Assembly: GCA_027622195.1 (NCBI GenBank)
Contig: JAQBZO010000005.1
Span: 18,861-82,860, forward strand
From: Planctomycetota bacterium
Lineage (GTDB): Bacteria > Planctomycetota > Phycisphaerae > Phycisphaerales > SM1A02
DNA: 64,000 bases
Direction: 5' to 3'
Within the stretch, counting starts at the first letter, position 1. Each line of letters opens with the position of its first letter. The notes below the pieces were generated by a model. That model ran no database searches and was not told where the DNA came from. It saw only the letters and a program-made list of their open reading frames with translations. This document shows, one piece after another, positions 9,959 through 19,284 of the stretch. The translations under genes and the position numbers were made by a program.

Positions 9959-10668
9959 GGCGCTTGCTCAGTCGGTGTAGTGCGTGCCGCACGGTGTTCA
10001 GTCACGAGCAAGATCCCCTCTGTAATCGAGGCCGCCTCAGTTGCTGCGGATTCGATCTTGGATCGATACCAACTCTGAACAACGAGCACTGGAATCGCGA
10101 CGACGAGTCCTTGAAAAGTCGTGATCAGCGCAATACTGATGTTGTAAGCCAATCGCTCGTAGTAGCCGCTGTCGGCGACCGCTTGTGTGGCGACGGTTTC
10201 AAACGCGCCGATCATTCCTTGCACCGTTCCGAGGAGTCCGAGCAACGGAGCGATTGATGCAATCACACCCAGCGGTTCGACGAGGCGATGCAAGCGCATT
10301 GTTTCAGCTTCGCCGACTTCCTCAGCAGCGTGGCGCGCGTCAAGACCTCCGTACAAACCGAGTGTTGCTCGTTCGAGTGCGGCACCTGCGATTCGAAAGA
10401 CATAGCAATCGTTTTCTGGGTGCTTGCACACTTGAAGTGCGCGACCAAGATCCCCTGCATCCACGAGCGACTTCAATTTCTTGACGCGCTCAGGAGGGAT
10501 GAGCGTGGCCCGCCGCAGTTGAAGTCCCGCGGCAACGGAAAGGGCCATGGCGACGATTGAGCAGAGGACGATGATGCCGCCGATCCATCCTCCGCCCACA
10601 ATGAACTTGATGAGCGCGGAGGTACTGTCTTGAGCGAGAACCATTGTCATTTCGTTCCAACCATTCAT
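9955..10668 (-). CDS. exbB: MotA/TolQ/ExbB proton-channel protein
   Basis: 237 aa with three hydrophobic segments. The C-terminal signature [20 protein letters not shown] matches the ExbB/TolQ family. Confidence 0.85.
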   Translation of the reverse strand: MNGWNEMTMVLAQDSTSALIKFIVGGGWIGGIIVLCSIVAMALSVAAGLQLRRATLIPPERVKKLKSLVDAGDLGRALQVCKHPENDCYVFRIAGAALERATLGLYGGLDARHAAEEVGEAETMRLHRLVEPLGVIASIAPLLGLLGTVQGMIGAFETVATQAVADSGYYERLAYNISIALITTFQGLVVAIPVLVVQSWYRSKIESAATEAASITEGILLVTEHRAARTTPTEQAP

Positions 10669-11762
10669 GGGGATAATCCTTCTTGCGAATCAGCAGCGTA
10701 CGCGTCTTGTACTCGCTTCGCGCCGACGCTGTCGCCTGATTCGATAAGTGCCTCCGAAGCCCAACCCGCCGCTCGCGCAGCCAATGCTGGATGGTCCTCT
10801 CGCGCCGTTTCCGCAGCCGCGAGGAGTGCGAGAATGGCGGCATCATTCGCGGCCGAACTCTTCTCGCATTGGAGACTCTCTGCCATCGCGATGTGAGCCC
10901 ACGCGCGCTGCCACGCAAGCGGATAGTGGGATGACTCGAGCCGATCGCGCGATTTTTCGCGATCACTCTTCTGCTGAGAAAGTCCTGCAATCCACAGATT
11001 GAGGATCTCGATGGAATCGGTTGCTCCTGACGACAGTTCCTTTGGAACGCGCGCACGATCTGCCGCTTTGAAGGGTGGAACATCCTCGGTGGTGAATGCG
11101 CGCTTCGCAAGCCACTGCACTCTCAACCGAATGGCTTCGACCACTGGATGGGCAACCTTGAGGAAAGAAAGCGACTGTGCATCGATTGTGGCACTGGCTC
11201 GATCGGCCCACCGAGGAGGAAGTTCTGGAATCAGTCCGATGTTGGAGACGATCGGATCGGCCAGCATCTCGAGCGGTTCGCACTTTTCTTGCGCCATGCG
11301 ACGATCTGCCACTCGAAGCGCGATCATCCATAAGTCGTCGTAGTATTGGAGGGAAAGCCGAGCGCGCAAGAGCGCGTCCGCTGCGAGGAGTGCCGAGGGA
11401 CCACCTTGGTCCATCCATGATGTCCAACCGCTGGACAGTGCATCGTTCGCAAGAGCTGCGTCGCCGCGCTGAAGTCTTTGGATTCCACGCCAGAGCGAGT
11501 CAGCGGGTGCTGCCCACCTCGCCGCTTCACGCGCATGTTTCGGGTCAGAACACTCAACTTGTAGGACTCTGTCCCAAGTCAGCAATCGCCGCGTCGATGA
11601 ATTGGCATCACTTCCGATTGCTTCGAATTCCACACCGTTGCCATCCACGCTCACCACTGTTCCGTTGAACTCTCCGGCGGCCGCTCGAAGCACGACTCGA
11701 TCCGCCTCAACCGGTTGGGCAGAGAGAATCGCCAGCAGCAGAATCGATGCAGTCTCTCTCAT
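10665..11762 (-). CDS. hypothetical secreted protein
   Basis: 365 aa with signal peptide MRETASILLLAILSAQPVEA. Helical and Ala-rich. ATGA overlaps with both neighbours. Confidence 0.5.
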   Translation of the reverse strand: MRETASILLLAILSAQPVEADRVVLRAAAGEFNGTVVSVDGNGVEFEAIGSDANSSTRRLLTWDRVLQVECSDPKHAREAARWAAPADSLWRGIQRLQRGDAALANDALSSGWTSWMDQGGPSALLAADALLRARLSLQYYDDLWMIALRVADRRMAQEKCEPLEMLADPIVSNIGLIPELPPRWADRASATIDAQSLSFLKVAHPVVEAIRLRVQWLAKRAFTTEDVPPFKAADRARVPKELSSGATDSIEILNLWIAGLSQQKSDREKSRDRLESSHYPLAWQRAWAHIAMAESLQCEKSSAANDAAILALLAAAETAREDHPALAARAAGWASEALIESGDSVGAKRVQDAYAADSQEGLSP

Positions 11763-12826
11763 TGTGGTGATTTCGGCAGTGAAAGGGCGCTGGGAACAAG
11801 TTCGACATAACTGCCATGCGTTTCATTCGCGATGCGTTGAAGGGATCCGGCTCCTGGGTCTCCCTGCAATCCAAAACGGATGCAATGAATCGGCGCGGGA
11901 CCCCGCTTCCGATTGATCGCGAGAATCTTCTCGACTTCGTCGTCCTCGATTTCGCCGTCAGACAACATGAAAATCACATCGGGCACTTGATCTTGATCGA
12001 AGAGATGTTGGATCGCGAATCGGGGACGCGTGCCTCCATGCGGATCGACGCTCTTCATCCACATGCGCATCGCCGCAATCATGCCTGATCGCACTTTGGA
12101 ATACCCCTGGATATCCACGGCACCAGGAACGCTTGGCGGCGGAGCTGGAACACATTTGTCATTGAAAAAAACCACGCAGACGCTGACGTAGTCGGGCAAC
12201 TGCGAGATCGATCGAACGAGCTCTTCTTGTGCGAGTCTCAGTCGACCAGCGGTCATCATTGAACCCGAGCAATCCACGGCAAACCCGATGCGCTTCCCCT
12301 TGCCACCCGCGCCGAAAAATCGCACATCCGACCCTGCTCCACCGCCGGCTGAGTTGCCATCGCCTGAACCTCCTGCTGCGAGTCCGGAAGGAAGGTCACC
12401 GGGATCTGTTCCCACGTTGCCCAAGAGTGGAGACGCTGGTTCACTTTTTGTGGGACTCTGACTGAAACCGCTCGACGAACTACCCAAGAGTGGTTGCCCC
12501 GAGGATCCTGGAGCACTGGCCTTGGCATCGTTGCGCAGCGGAGTTCGCGGCGCGAGCGCGATCACATACTCAGTCGGTTCATCGCTCTTGCCGATCGATC
12601 CCGTGGGCACGGTCCATCCAGCCAAAACCGCAAACATCAGGGCGTGAAATGGGAGCGAAACCAACATCCCCAATGCAAAGCTCCACCACGCTGGTGTCTC
12701 TCGGCGAACGACTCTTCCTGACGGACGGGTCGAGCGCGCGCGATCCTGATTGGTACTTTCAGTCCGCCTCATGCTTTGGGACTCAACAATGCTCTTATTG
12801 TAGTAGTCTCCCAACGCTGAAAACAT
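11759..12826 (-). CDS. membrane-anchored von Willebrand factor A (vWA) domain protein
   Basis: 355 aa. TM helix WWSFALGMLVSLPFHALMFAVLAGW is followed by a Gly/Ser-rich linker and a vWA domain with MIDAS motif FAVDCSGSM. The start is uncertain; an alternative ATG lies at 12772. Confidence 0.7.
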   Translation of the reverse strand: MFSALGDYYNKSIVESQSMRRTESTNQDRARSTRPSGRVVRRETPAWWSFALGMLVSLPFHALMFAVLAGWTVPTGSIGKSDEPTEYVIALAPRTPLRNDAKASAPGSSGQPLLGSSSSGFSQSPTKSEPASPLLGNVGTDPGDLPSGLAAGGSGDGNSAGGGAGSDVRFFGAGGKGKRIGFAVDCSGSMMTAGRLRLAQEELVRSISQLPDYVSVCVVFFNDKCVPAPPPSVPGAVDIQGYSKVRSGMIAAMRMWMKSVDPHGGTRPRFAIQHLFDQDQVPDVIFMLSDGEIEDDEVEKILAINRKRGPAPIHCIRFGLQGDPGAGSLQRIANETHGSYVELVPSALSLPKSPQ

Positions 12827-13543
12827 ATGCCAAGTTCACCCAACCGAGTGATCGTAAAGTTGAGCGGAGAGAGCCTCTCCGAGCCTGGTCAGTTTGGCAT
12901 TTGCCCCGACGAACTGGCTTTCATCGCCGGTGAATTCGTGCTCGCCCATTCGACGGGTGTGCAACTCGCGATCGTCGTCGGTGGAGGCAACATCATCCGC
13001 GGCGCACGCCTGGCTGCCACGGGTCATATCCATCAGAGCACCGCTGATTACATGGGCATGCTCGGCACCGTCATCAATGCGTTGGCACTCAAAGAAGCAC
13101 TCGACGCGCGCGGACTCGATGCCCGCGTTCAAAGTGCCATCAATCTTCCCGCGGTCGCTGAACCATTCATTCGCGCACGCGCCGTTCGCCACCTCGAGAA
13201 GGGACGCATCGTCATCTTGGCGGCGGGAACGGGCAATCCATTCTTCACGACCGACACGTGTGCCTCGCTGCGAGGAATTGAACTTGGAGCGAAGGTCCTC
13301 TTGAAGGCAACGAAGGTTGATGGGATTTACGACAGCGATCCGCGCACCAATCCCAAGGCGGTGCGTTACCAGTCACTCACTTTTGCCGAGGCGACAAAGC
13401 AGCAACTCGGAGTGATGGATCTCACGGCGATGACCATGTGCATGGAACACAAACTCCCTGTCGTCGTCTTCGATTACAAAACTCCTGGCAATATTGCGAA
13501 AGCCGTTGCTGGTGAAACCATCGGCACACGCGTCAGCGCCTGA
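12827..13543 (+). CDS. pyrH: UMP kinase
   Basis: 238 aa. RVIVKLSGESL, VVGGGNIIRG and GTGNPFFTTD motifs. Confidence 0.95.
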   Translation: MPSSPNRVIVKLSGESLSEPGQFGICPDELAFIAGEFVLAHSTGVQLAIVVGGGNIIRGARLAATGHIHQSTADYMGMLGTVINALALKEALDARGLDARVQSAINLPAVAEPFIRARAVRHLEKGRIVILAAGTGNPFFTTDTCASLRGIELGAKVLLKATKVDGIYDSDPRTNPKAVRYQSLTFAEATKQQLGVMDLTAMTMCMEHKLPVVVFDYKTPGNIAKAVAGETIGTRVSA

Positions 13544-13554
13544 AAGGAAACATC

Positions 13555-14121
13555 ATGGATGTCGATACAGCCCTCTTAGAGTGCGAAGACCATATGGACA
13601 AAGCGGTCGAGTACTTCACTCGTGAACTCCGCGGACTGCGAACGGGTCGCGCCACCACCGCCTTGCTTGAGTTCGTCAAGGTGGAGTATTACGGAAGTGA
13701 AACAAACCTGCGCGAACTCGCCGCAATCAGTGTTCCAGAACCAACACAGTTGTTGGTGAAGCCATTCGATCCGAGCGCGAAGAATGACATCATCAAGGGG
13801 ATCGAGAAGGCGGGACTCGGACTCAACCCGATGGCTGAGGGATCGCAGATCAGAATCAATGTTCCCTCGCCGAGTTCGGACCGGCGGCGCCAACTCGTTG
13901 CACAGGTCAAGAAGATGGCCGAAGAGTCGCGCATCACGATTCGCAACGCGCGACGCGATGGAAACAAGGCGATCGATCACATTGCTGCTGATCCAAAGAC
14001 TAAACTTTCGGATGATGTGAAAGACAACGCCAAAGAGTCCATCGACGAATTCACGAAGAGTCACGTCGCCAAGATCGACGCGATCGCCGAAAAGAAGTCC
14101 GCCGAAATCGAAGAAGTCTAA
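13555..14121 (+). CDS. frr: ribosome recycling factor
   Basis: 188 aa. Has the typical Frr sequence (LRTGRATTALLEFVKVEYYGSETNLRELA...RRD) and sits directly after pyrH. Confidence 0.95.
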   Translation: MDVDTALLECEDHMDKAVEYFTRELRGLRTGRATTALLEFVKVEYYGSETNLRELAAISVPEPTQLLVKPFDPSAKNDIIKGIEKAGLGLNPMAEGSQIRINVPSPSSDRRRQLVAQVKKMAEESRITIRNARRDGNKAIDHIAADPKTKLSDDVKDNAKESIDEFTKSHVAKIDAIAEKKSAEIEEV

Positions 14122-14123
14122 CT

Positions 14124-16424
14124 ATGCGAAACGATTACTCCATCGCGTCGACGATAATTCTGTTCGCCGCGACGGCAGCCGCTTTCGGCGACGATTTGCC
14201 TGTTGTGGAAGTGCGCCGTGACAACATCGAGATCACGCAGAGCTGCAGACTCACGTTTCCTGTTCCCATCATCCCTGACCTCGACGGAAATGGAGTAGTG
14301 CACATCACCGCTCCGAACATCACCGTGGTGTTGGATGGTGGTTCGTTGAGAGGAGCGCTCGCCACAACACCTCCCGATCGATTCACGGGCATTGGAATCC
14401 ACGTGAATGCAGAGCACGTCACCTTGCGCGGCGGCTCGATCTCGGGGTTCAAGGTCGGCATCCTCGGAGAGCAGTGCTCGGGAAGCGTTTTTGAGAACCA
14501 GAATCTCTCAGACAACTTCGCCCAGCATCTCGCTAGTTCAGAATCGGCTGAGTCCGCAACCGATTGGCTCTGGCCACACGACAACGATGCCCACGAATGG
14601 AGGACGAAGTACGGCGCAGGGCTGTGCATTGAGTCGTCGTCACGCGTCGAAGTGCGCGCCGTTCAAGCGCGGCGAACCCAAAACGGAATCCTCTTCGACC
14701 GAGTGCAAGACAGTCTCGTCGCGGATTGCGACTGCTCCTTCCTCTCTGGTTGGGGGATCGGTCTCTGGCGCAGCAGCGGCAACATCATCGCCAATAATGC
14801 ATTCGACTTTTGCGTGCGCGGATATAGCCATGGGATTTACAACAGAGGCCAAGATTCGGCGGGCATCTTGGTGTTTGAGCAGAGTTCCAACAATCTGATC
14901 GCGCGCAACTCGGCGACTCACTGCGGCGATGGCTATTTTTCATTCGCAGGGCGCGAGGCCATTGGCGAACGGGCATCGGTCAGTGCAGACGGCTCAGCAT
15001 CGTTCGTTGGACGCGGCTGCAGAGACAACATCCTTCTCGCGAATGATTTCTCGGACGCCGCAGCGCACGGTGTTGAAACAACGTTCTCATTCAACAACTG
15101 CGTTCTCGACAACACCATTTCAAGCAACTCGGTGTGCGGTGTGTGGGGCGGCTATTCGCACAACCTTGTTGTTGCAGGAAACACCTTGTTTCATAACGGG
15201 GATCGTGGTGTCGGCCAAGAGCGCGGTGGAATCAATATCGAGCACGGACAGGATTGTGTGATCGCTCGAAACACCTTCGCGGATTCTCCGGTCGGGGTTG
15301 CTCTCTGGTGGGACGAAGATGCAACGCTCGCCATGCTCCCGTGGGTTCAAGCCAACGGCGCCCGAGCCATTCACAACGCCATCGTTGAAAACACCTTCAC
15401 GTGCTGCGCTCGAGCGATCGAACTTCGGCGCGCAACAGCCACGACCATTTCATCCAACAGCATGGTTGACTGCAAAGAGTCGGTGATCGAACTGGACGGA
15501 ACAACCGAATCAACCGACGTGCTCGCGGCCGATCTTTCGACCACCGAACTCACCGCACGACAAAGGGCACAACTCTTGCTTTCGACCGTGACGACGAAGT
15601 CGACTCCCATCGGTGCACGCGCCCCGTTGGCAGGACGCGCGCAGATTCGCATGACCGAGTGGGGCCCATGGGACACGACGACTCCCACGCTCCTCCAATT
15701 GCCCGCCGCTGGAGGTAGCCAACGATTCGACCTGCTCGGCGGAACGATTGTCGCCTCACAGATTCTTGCCAAGTTCGGGCTGCGGAGCGACATCGACACC
15801 GATACTGATGAGGTCATCATCCACCGCGAACTTCCGCAGAATGCCGAAGAGCCTGGACAAGAGAGCGCCGTTGCGCCCTTCGCGCTCACAGTGCGTTGGG
15901 GTCGCGAGCGCAGTCAGGTTATTCAGAAATCGGGGCTGCTCGCTTCCATCACCTGGCACACCTCTGTTTTCACGCTTCCTGCTGGAATCACTCCTTCCAC
16001 CGAGTCATTCACGAATGCCGCGAATGCCGCGCCAGAGTTTCCACTGTACGAGCTTGATTTTCAAATTGGCAGCAAGAGTCCCGCGGACCATCCCGCACTT
16101 CGTGAAGCGGCGATCGCAGCAGCGATTCCTGCCGATTCGTTTGGGCTGCGCGCGCGCGCGACCGTGCTCTTTGCCCCGGGTTGTTGGATCCTCAAGACCC
16201 TGAGTGACGACGGCGTTACGGTGGTCGTCGATGGCCATCCTGTGATCCAAGAATGGACGAAGCACGAACCAACCCAGCATGAGGCCACGCTCACTTTTCC
16301 GATTCCGACCGAGGTCGAACTTGAGGTTCGATGGTTTGAATTGGATGGACGTGCCTCACTTCGCCTCTGGTTCGAGTCCTGCCCTCCTCCGCTTCTCGGA
16401 GCAGCGCCCTCCCAGACGCCTTGA
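14124..16424 (+). CDS. secreted right-handed parallel beta-helix repeat protein with C-terminal PA14-like domain
   Basis: 766 aa with signal peptide MRNDYSIASTIILFAATAAAFG. Contains serial beta-helix rungs (NIIANNAFDFC, NNLIARNSATHCGDG, NILLANDFSDAAAHG, NCVLDNTISSNSVCG, NLVVAGNTLFHNGD, CVIARNTFADSPVG, NAIVENTFTCCARA). The C-terminus LKTLSDDGVTVVVDGHPVIQEW...EVRWFELDGRASLRLWFE is PA14-like. Confidence 0.6.
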   Translation: MRNDYSIASTIILFAATAAAFGDDLPVVEVRRDNIEITQSCRLTFPVPIIPDLDGNGVVHITAPNITVVLDGGSLRGALATTPPDRFTGIGIHVNAEHVTLRGGSISGFKVGILGEQCSGSVFENQNLSDNFAQHLASSESAESATDWLWPHDNDAHEWRTKYGAGLCIESSSRVEVRAVQARRTQNGILFDRVQDSLVADCDCSFLSGWGIGLWRSSGNIIANNAFDFCVRGYSHGIYNRGQDSAGILVFEQSSNNLIARNSATHCGDGYFSFAGREAIGERASVSADGSASFVGRGCRDNILLANDFSDAAAHGVETTFSFNNCVLDNTISSNSVCGVWGGYSHNLVVAGNTLFHNGDRGVGQERGGINIEHGQDCVIARNTFADSPVGVALWWDEDATLAMLPWVQANGARAIHNAIVENTFTCCARAIELRRATATTISSNSMVDCKESVIELDGTTESTDVLAADLSTTELTARQRAQLLLSTVTTKSTPIGARAPLAGRAQIRMTEWGPWDTTTPTLLQLPAAGGSQRFDLLGGTIVASQILAKFGLRSDIDTDTDEVIIHRELPQNAEEPGQESAVAPFALTVRWGRERSQVIQKSGLLASITWHTSVFTLPAGITPSTESFTNAANAAPEFPLYELDFQIGSKSPADHPALREAAIAAAIPADSFGLRARATVLFAPGCWILKTLSDDGVTVVVDGHPVIQEWTKHEPTQHEATLTFPIPTEVELEVRWFELDGRASLRLWFESCPPPLLGAAPSQTP

Positions 16425-16457
16425 CGAAACGGCGGGGAAAGCAGAAGATTCCCTTCA

Positions 16458-16982
16458 ATGCTCTGCCCATACTGCGGACATTCTGAGAGCAAAGTCATCG
16501 ACAGCCGCGATGCGGACGGCAAAGAGGCGACTCGTCGCCGTCGCGAATGCATGTCGTGTGAAAAGCGATTTACCACGTACGAGCGAGTCGAAAAGACGGC
16601 GCGACTCGTCGTGGTCAAGAAGAATGGATCACGCTCACCATTCGATGTCGCGAAGGTGCTTGCTGGAATCCAAGCGGCGTGCGGCAAGCGTCCTGTGTCG
16701 GAAGTCGAGAAGCAACGGCTTGCGCGCGCCATCGACGAGAGTCTCCACCGCGAGTTTGAGCGAGAGGTTGAAAGCCACGAAATCGGCGTTCGCGTTGCTC
16801 GAGGACTTCGCCGTGTGGACCGAGTCGCCGCACTCCGCTTCGCAAGCGAACTGTACGACTTCAAAGGACTCGAGGATTTCCTGAAGGAAGCAGAGGATTT
16901 GCAGCAATTCCCAGAGGATTTGCCCGATCAGCCCAACCTTTTTGAAGAGGATGGACCGTCAAGTCCAGATGCTCCCGCCTGA
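16458..16982 (+). CDS. nrdR: transcriptional repressor NrdR
   Basis: 174 aa. Zinc ribbon MLCPYCGHSESKVIDSR...RRRRECMSCEKRFTTYE followed by an ATP-cone. Confidence 0.95.
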   Translation: MLCPYCGHSESKVIDSRDADGKEATRRRRECMSCEKRFTTYERVEKTARLVVVKKNGSRSPFDVAKVLAGIQAACGKRPVSEVEKQRLARAIDESLHREFEREVESHEIGVRVARGLRRVDRVAALRFASELYDFKGLEDFLKEAEDLQQFPEDLPDQPNLFEEDGPSSPDAPA

Positions 16983-16995
16983 GTATCTTTGGTGG

Positions 16996-19062
16996 ATGCT
17001 CAGCATCCGACTTCCTGATGGCAGCGAACGAACTTACGACACTCCTGTGACTGCGGCGCGAGTGGCTGCCGATATCGGCGCCGGACTCGCACGCGCCGCC
17101 CTTGGCGCCAAGGTCAACGGAGAACTGTGCGACCTCAACACGACCATTGATCGTGACTGCACGCTCAGCATCGTCACACCAAAGCGTCGGGATGGCACCA
17201 TCGATGACGATGCGATTTTCTTGATCCGCCACAGCGCCGCACATGTCATGGCAGAAGCCATCACTCGCCTCTTCCCAGGGGTTCAACTTGTGTACGGTCC
17301 TCCCGTTGACGCGGGGTTCTATTACGACATGTCTTTCCCGAGTGGCGTCTCACCAAGTTCAGATGACTTTGCGAAGATCGAGGCAGAAATGGCTTCAATC
17401 ATCGCGGAGGATCGTCCATTCACGCGATATGAAATGGCTCTTGATCAAGGGATGAGCAAACTCGCCTCCGAAGGAAGTAAGTTCAAAATCGATAACGCGA
17501 CACGGGCGAAAGATGCTGGTTCAGTGGCTCTGTCGTTTTATGCGACGGGCACTCCAGGGAACAACTGGGAAGATCTCTGCCGCGGTCCTCATGTTCCATC
17601 CACCGGGCGCATTGGTGCCGCGAAGATCATGAGCATCGCGAGCAGTTACTGGAAGGGCGACGAAAAACTCGATCGCCTTTCTCGTGTGTACGGCGTGGCG
17701 TTCGCAACGAAGGGTGAACTCGATGCGCACCTTGCGCTGCTCGACGAAGCGAAGAAGCGTGATCACCGAGTGCTCGGAAAACAACTGCACCTCTTTCACA
17801 CCGATGATCGAGTTGGTCCAGGACTGATTCTTTGGACTCCCAACGGCGCCTGCGTGAGGCAGGAACTGCAGTCCTTCATCAGTGAAGAACTTCGAAAGCA
17901 GGGATACCACCAAGTCTTCACGCCGCACATCGCCAAGCTCGACCTCTACCGGACGAGTGGACATTTCCCGTACTACCAAGCGAGTCAGTATCCCCCGCTG
18001 ATTGAGCATGAGCAACTCGCAGCACTTGCCGCCGAAGGATGCACCTGCGGCGACCTTGCCAATCGGCTCGCGAGCGGCGACATCGACGGGTACATGCTCA
18101 AGCCGATGAATTGCCCGCATCACATCATGATCTATGCAAGCGAGGCACGATCGTATCGCGACCTTCCTGTGCGACTCGCTGAGTTCGGCACGGTGTACCG
18201 CTACGAGCAGTCTGGCGAAATTGGCGGAATGACGCGCGTTCGTGGATTCACACAAGACGACGCACATCTCTTCGTACGCGAAGATCAAATCGCAGAAGAA
18301 GTGTTGGGATGCCTGTCCATTGTCAAACTCATTTTTGGCACCCTTGGCATGACCGACTACCGCGTGCGTGTTGGACTGCGTGACGCGGATGGTTCGAAGT
18401 ATGTTGGCGAATCGTCGAACTGGGACAAAGCAGAACAAGCATGCCGTGACGCAGCGCGTTCCCTTGGCGTTCCATTCAGCGAAGAGGCGGGAGAGGCAGC
18501 CTTCTACGGTCCGAAGATTGACTTCATTGTGAAGGATGTCATCGGTCGATCATGGCAACTTGGCACGGTTCAAGTGGACTACAACTTGCCAATCCGTTTT
18601 GATCTCTCGTATGCAGGCGCGGACAACAAGGCTCATCGTCCAGTCATGATTCACCGCGCACCATTCGGCAGCATGGAGCGATTCGTGGGCGTGCTCATTG
18701 AACATTTCGCGGGCGCATTCCCCACGTGGCTCAGTCCAGAGCAGTGTCGGGTGATGACGATTTCTGAGAAGTCGGATCTCTACGGACGCGAAGTTCGCGA
18801 TGCCTTGTCGGCGGCTCGGATTCGTGCCAAGTTTGACGACTCGAATGACCGCGTGCAGTCCAAGATTCGCGCTGCCGCAGAAGAAAAAATTCCATGGCAA
18901 GTCGTGGTGGGACCCAAGGACGCTGAAAGTCGATCGGTGTCCGTTCGCATGCGCGGACGGCAGGAAAACCTCGGCACAATGCCCCTCAATGCCTTTGTCG
19001 AAGGACTCGCGCTCGAAATCTCGTCCAGAGGAGCGTCGCCGCTTTCGGCACGCTTTTCGTAG
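16996..19062 (+). CDS. thrS: threonine--tRNA ligase
   Basis: Track ORF 16942..19062 trimmed to ATG 16996 (MLSIRLPDGSERTYD, TGS domain). Carries the editing-domain HSAAHVMAEA motif and class II core motifs (FHTDDRVGPGLILWTPNG, RVRGFTQDDAH). Confidence 0.95.
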   Translation: MLSIRLPDGSERTYDTPVTAARVAADIGAGLARAALGAKVNGELCDLNTTIDRDCTLSIVTPKRRDGTIDDDAIFLIRHSAAHVMAEAITRLFPGVQLVYGPPVDAGFYYDMSFPSGVSPSSDDFAKIEAEMASIIAEDRPFTRYEMALDQGMSKLASEGSKFKIDNATRAKDAGSVALSFYATGTPGNNWEDLCRGPHVPSTGRIGAAKIMSIASSYWKGDEKLDRLSRVYGVAFATKGELDAHLALLDEAKKRDHRVLGKQLHLFHTDDRVGPGLILWTPNGACVRQELQSFISEELRKQGYHQVFTPHIAKLDLYRTSGHFPYYQASQYPPLIEHEQLAALAAEGCTCGDLANRLASGDIDGYMLKPMNCPHHIMIYASEARSYRDLPVRLAEFGTVYRYEQSGEIGGMTRVRGFTQDDAHLFVREDQIAEEVLGCLSIVKLIFGTLGMTDYRVRVGLRDADGSKYVGESSNWDKAEQACRDAARSLGVPFSEEAGEAAFYGPKIDFIVKDVIGRSWQLGTVQVDYNLPIRFDLSYAGADNKAHRPVMIHRAPFGSMERFVGVLIEHFAGAFPTWLSPEQCRVMTISEKSDLYGREVRDALSAARIRAKFDDSNDRVQSKIRAAAEEKIPWQVVVGPKDAESRSVSVRMRGRQENLGTMPLNAFVEGLALEISSRGASPLSARFS

Positions 19063-19284
19063 TGTCTCATTTCCGTCAAAAATCCAACCATTTGGCCTTT
19101 TTCTTGCCCCTTCCCCGTTTTGGAGTACATTCTCGGTGAGGGACTCTCCCTCACCATCGATGCTAGGAACCACCGACGAATGTTGATCACTTTCGGAAAC
19201 TCGCTGTGAAGAGCGAGCGGCGGATCCACCCGACAATTCGAATGACCCTTCAGCGCACGCTCGCCGAGGCCGGCTCGGCTGCGA

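Noticed and set aside
9129-10668. MotA/ExbB-type genes as part of a Zorya-like anti-phage system.
   Set aside because: The proteins are small canonical ExbB (237 aa) and ExbD (137 and 139 aa). They lack the long ZorA tail and a ZorB peptidoglycan-binding domain, and no ZorC/ZorD-like nuclease or helicase genes are adjacent.
16061-16864. 267-aa minus-strand ORF covering the end of the beta-helix gene and nrdR.
   Set aside because: It is antisense to the unmistakable NrdR zinc-ribbon/ATP-cone gene, and its composition (Ser/Arg-rich) is typical of a shadow frame.
17521-18438. 305-aa minus-strand ORF. Similar long antisense ORFs occur at 23435..24487, 39320..40225, 41313..42419, 46012..46917, 50792..51922, 52464..53615 and 58398..59405.
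   Set aside because: Each lies exactly opposite a strongly conserved, motif-verified gene (thrS, argG, rpsC, rplD/rplW, the BshC-like gene, lysS, pfk, atpD). Their translations are Arg/Ser/His-rich with no recognisable motif. Stop-poor antisense frames are expected in GC-rich coding DNA.
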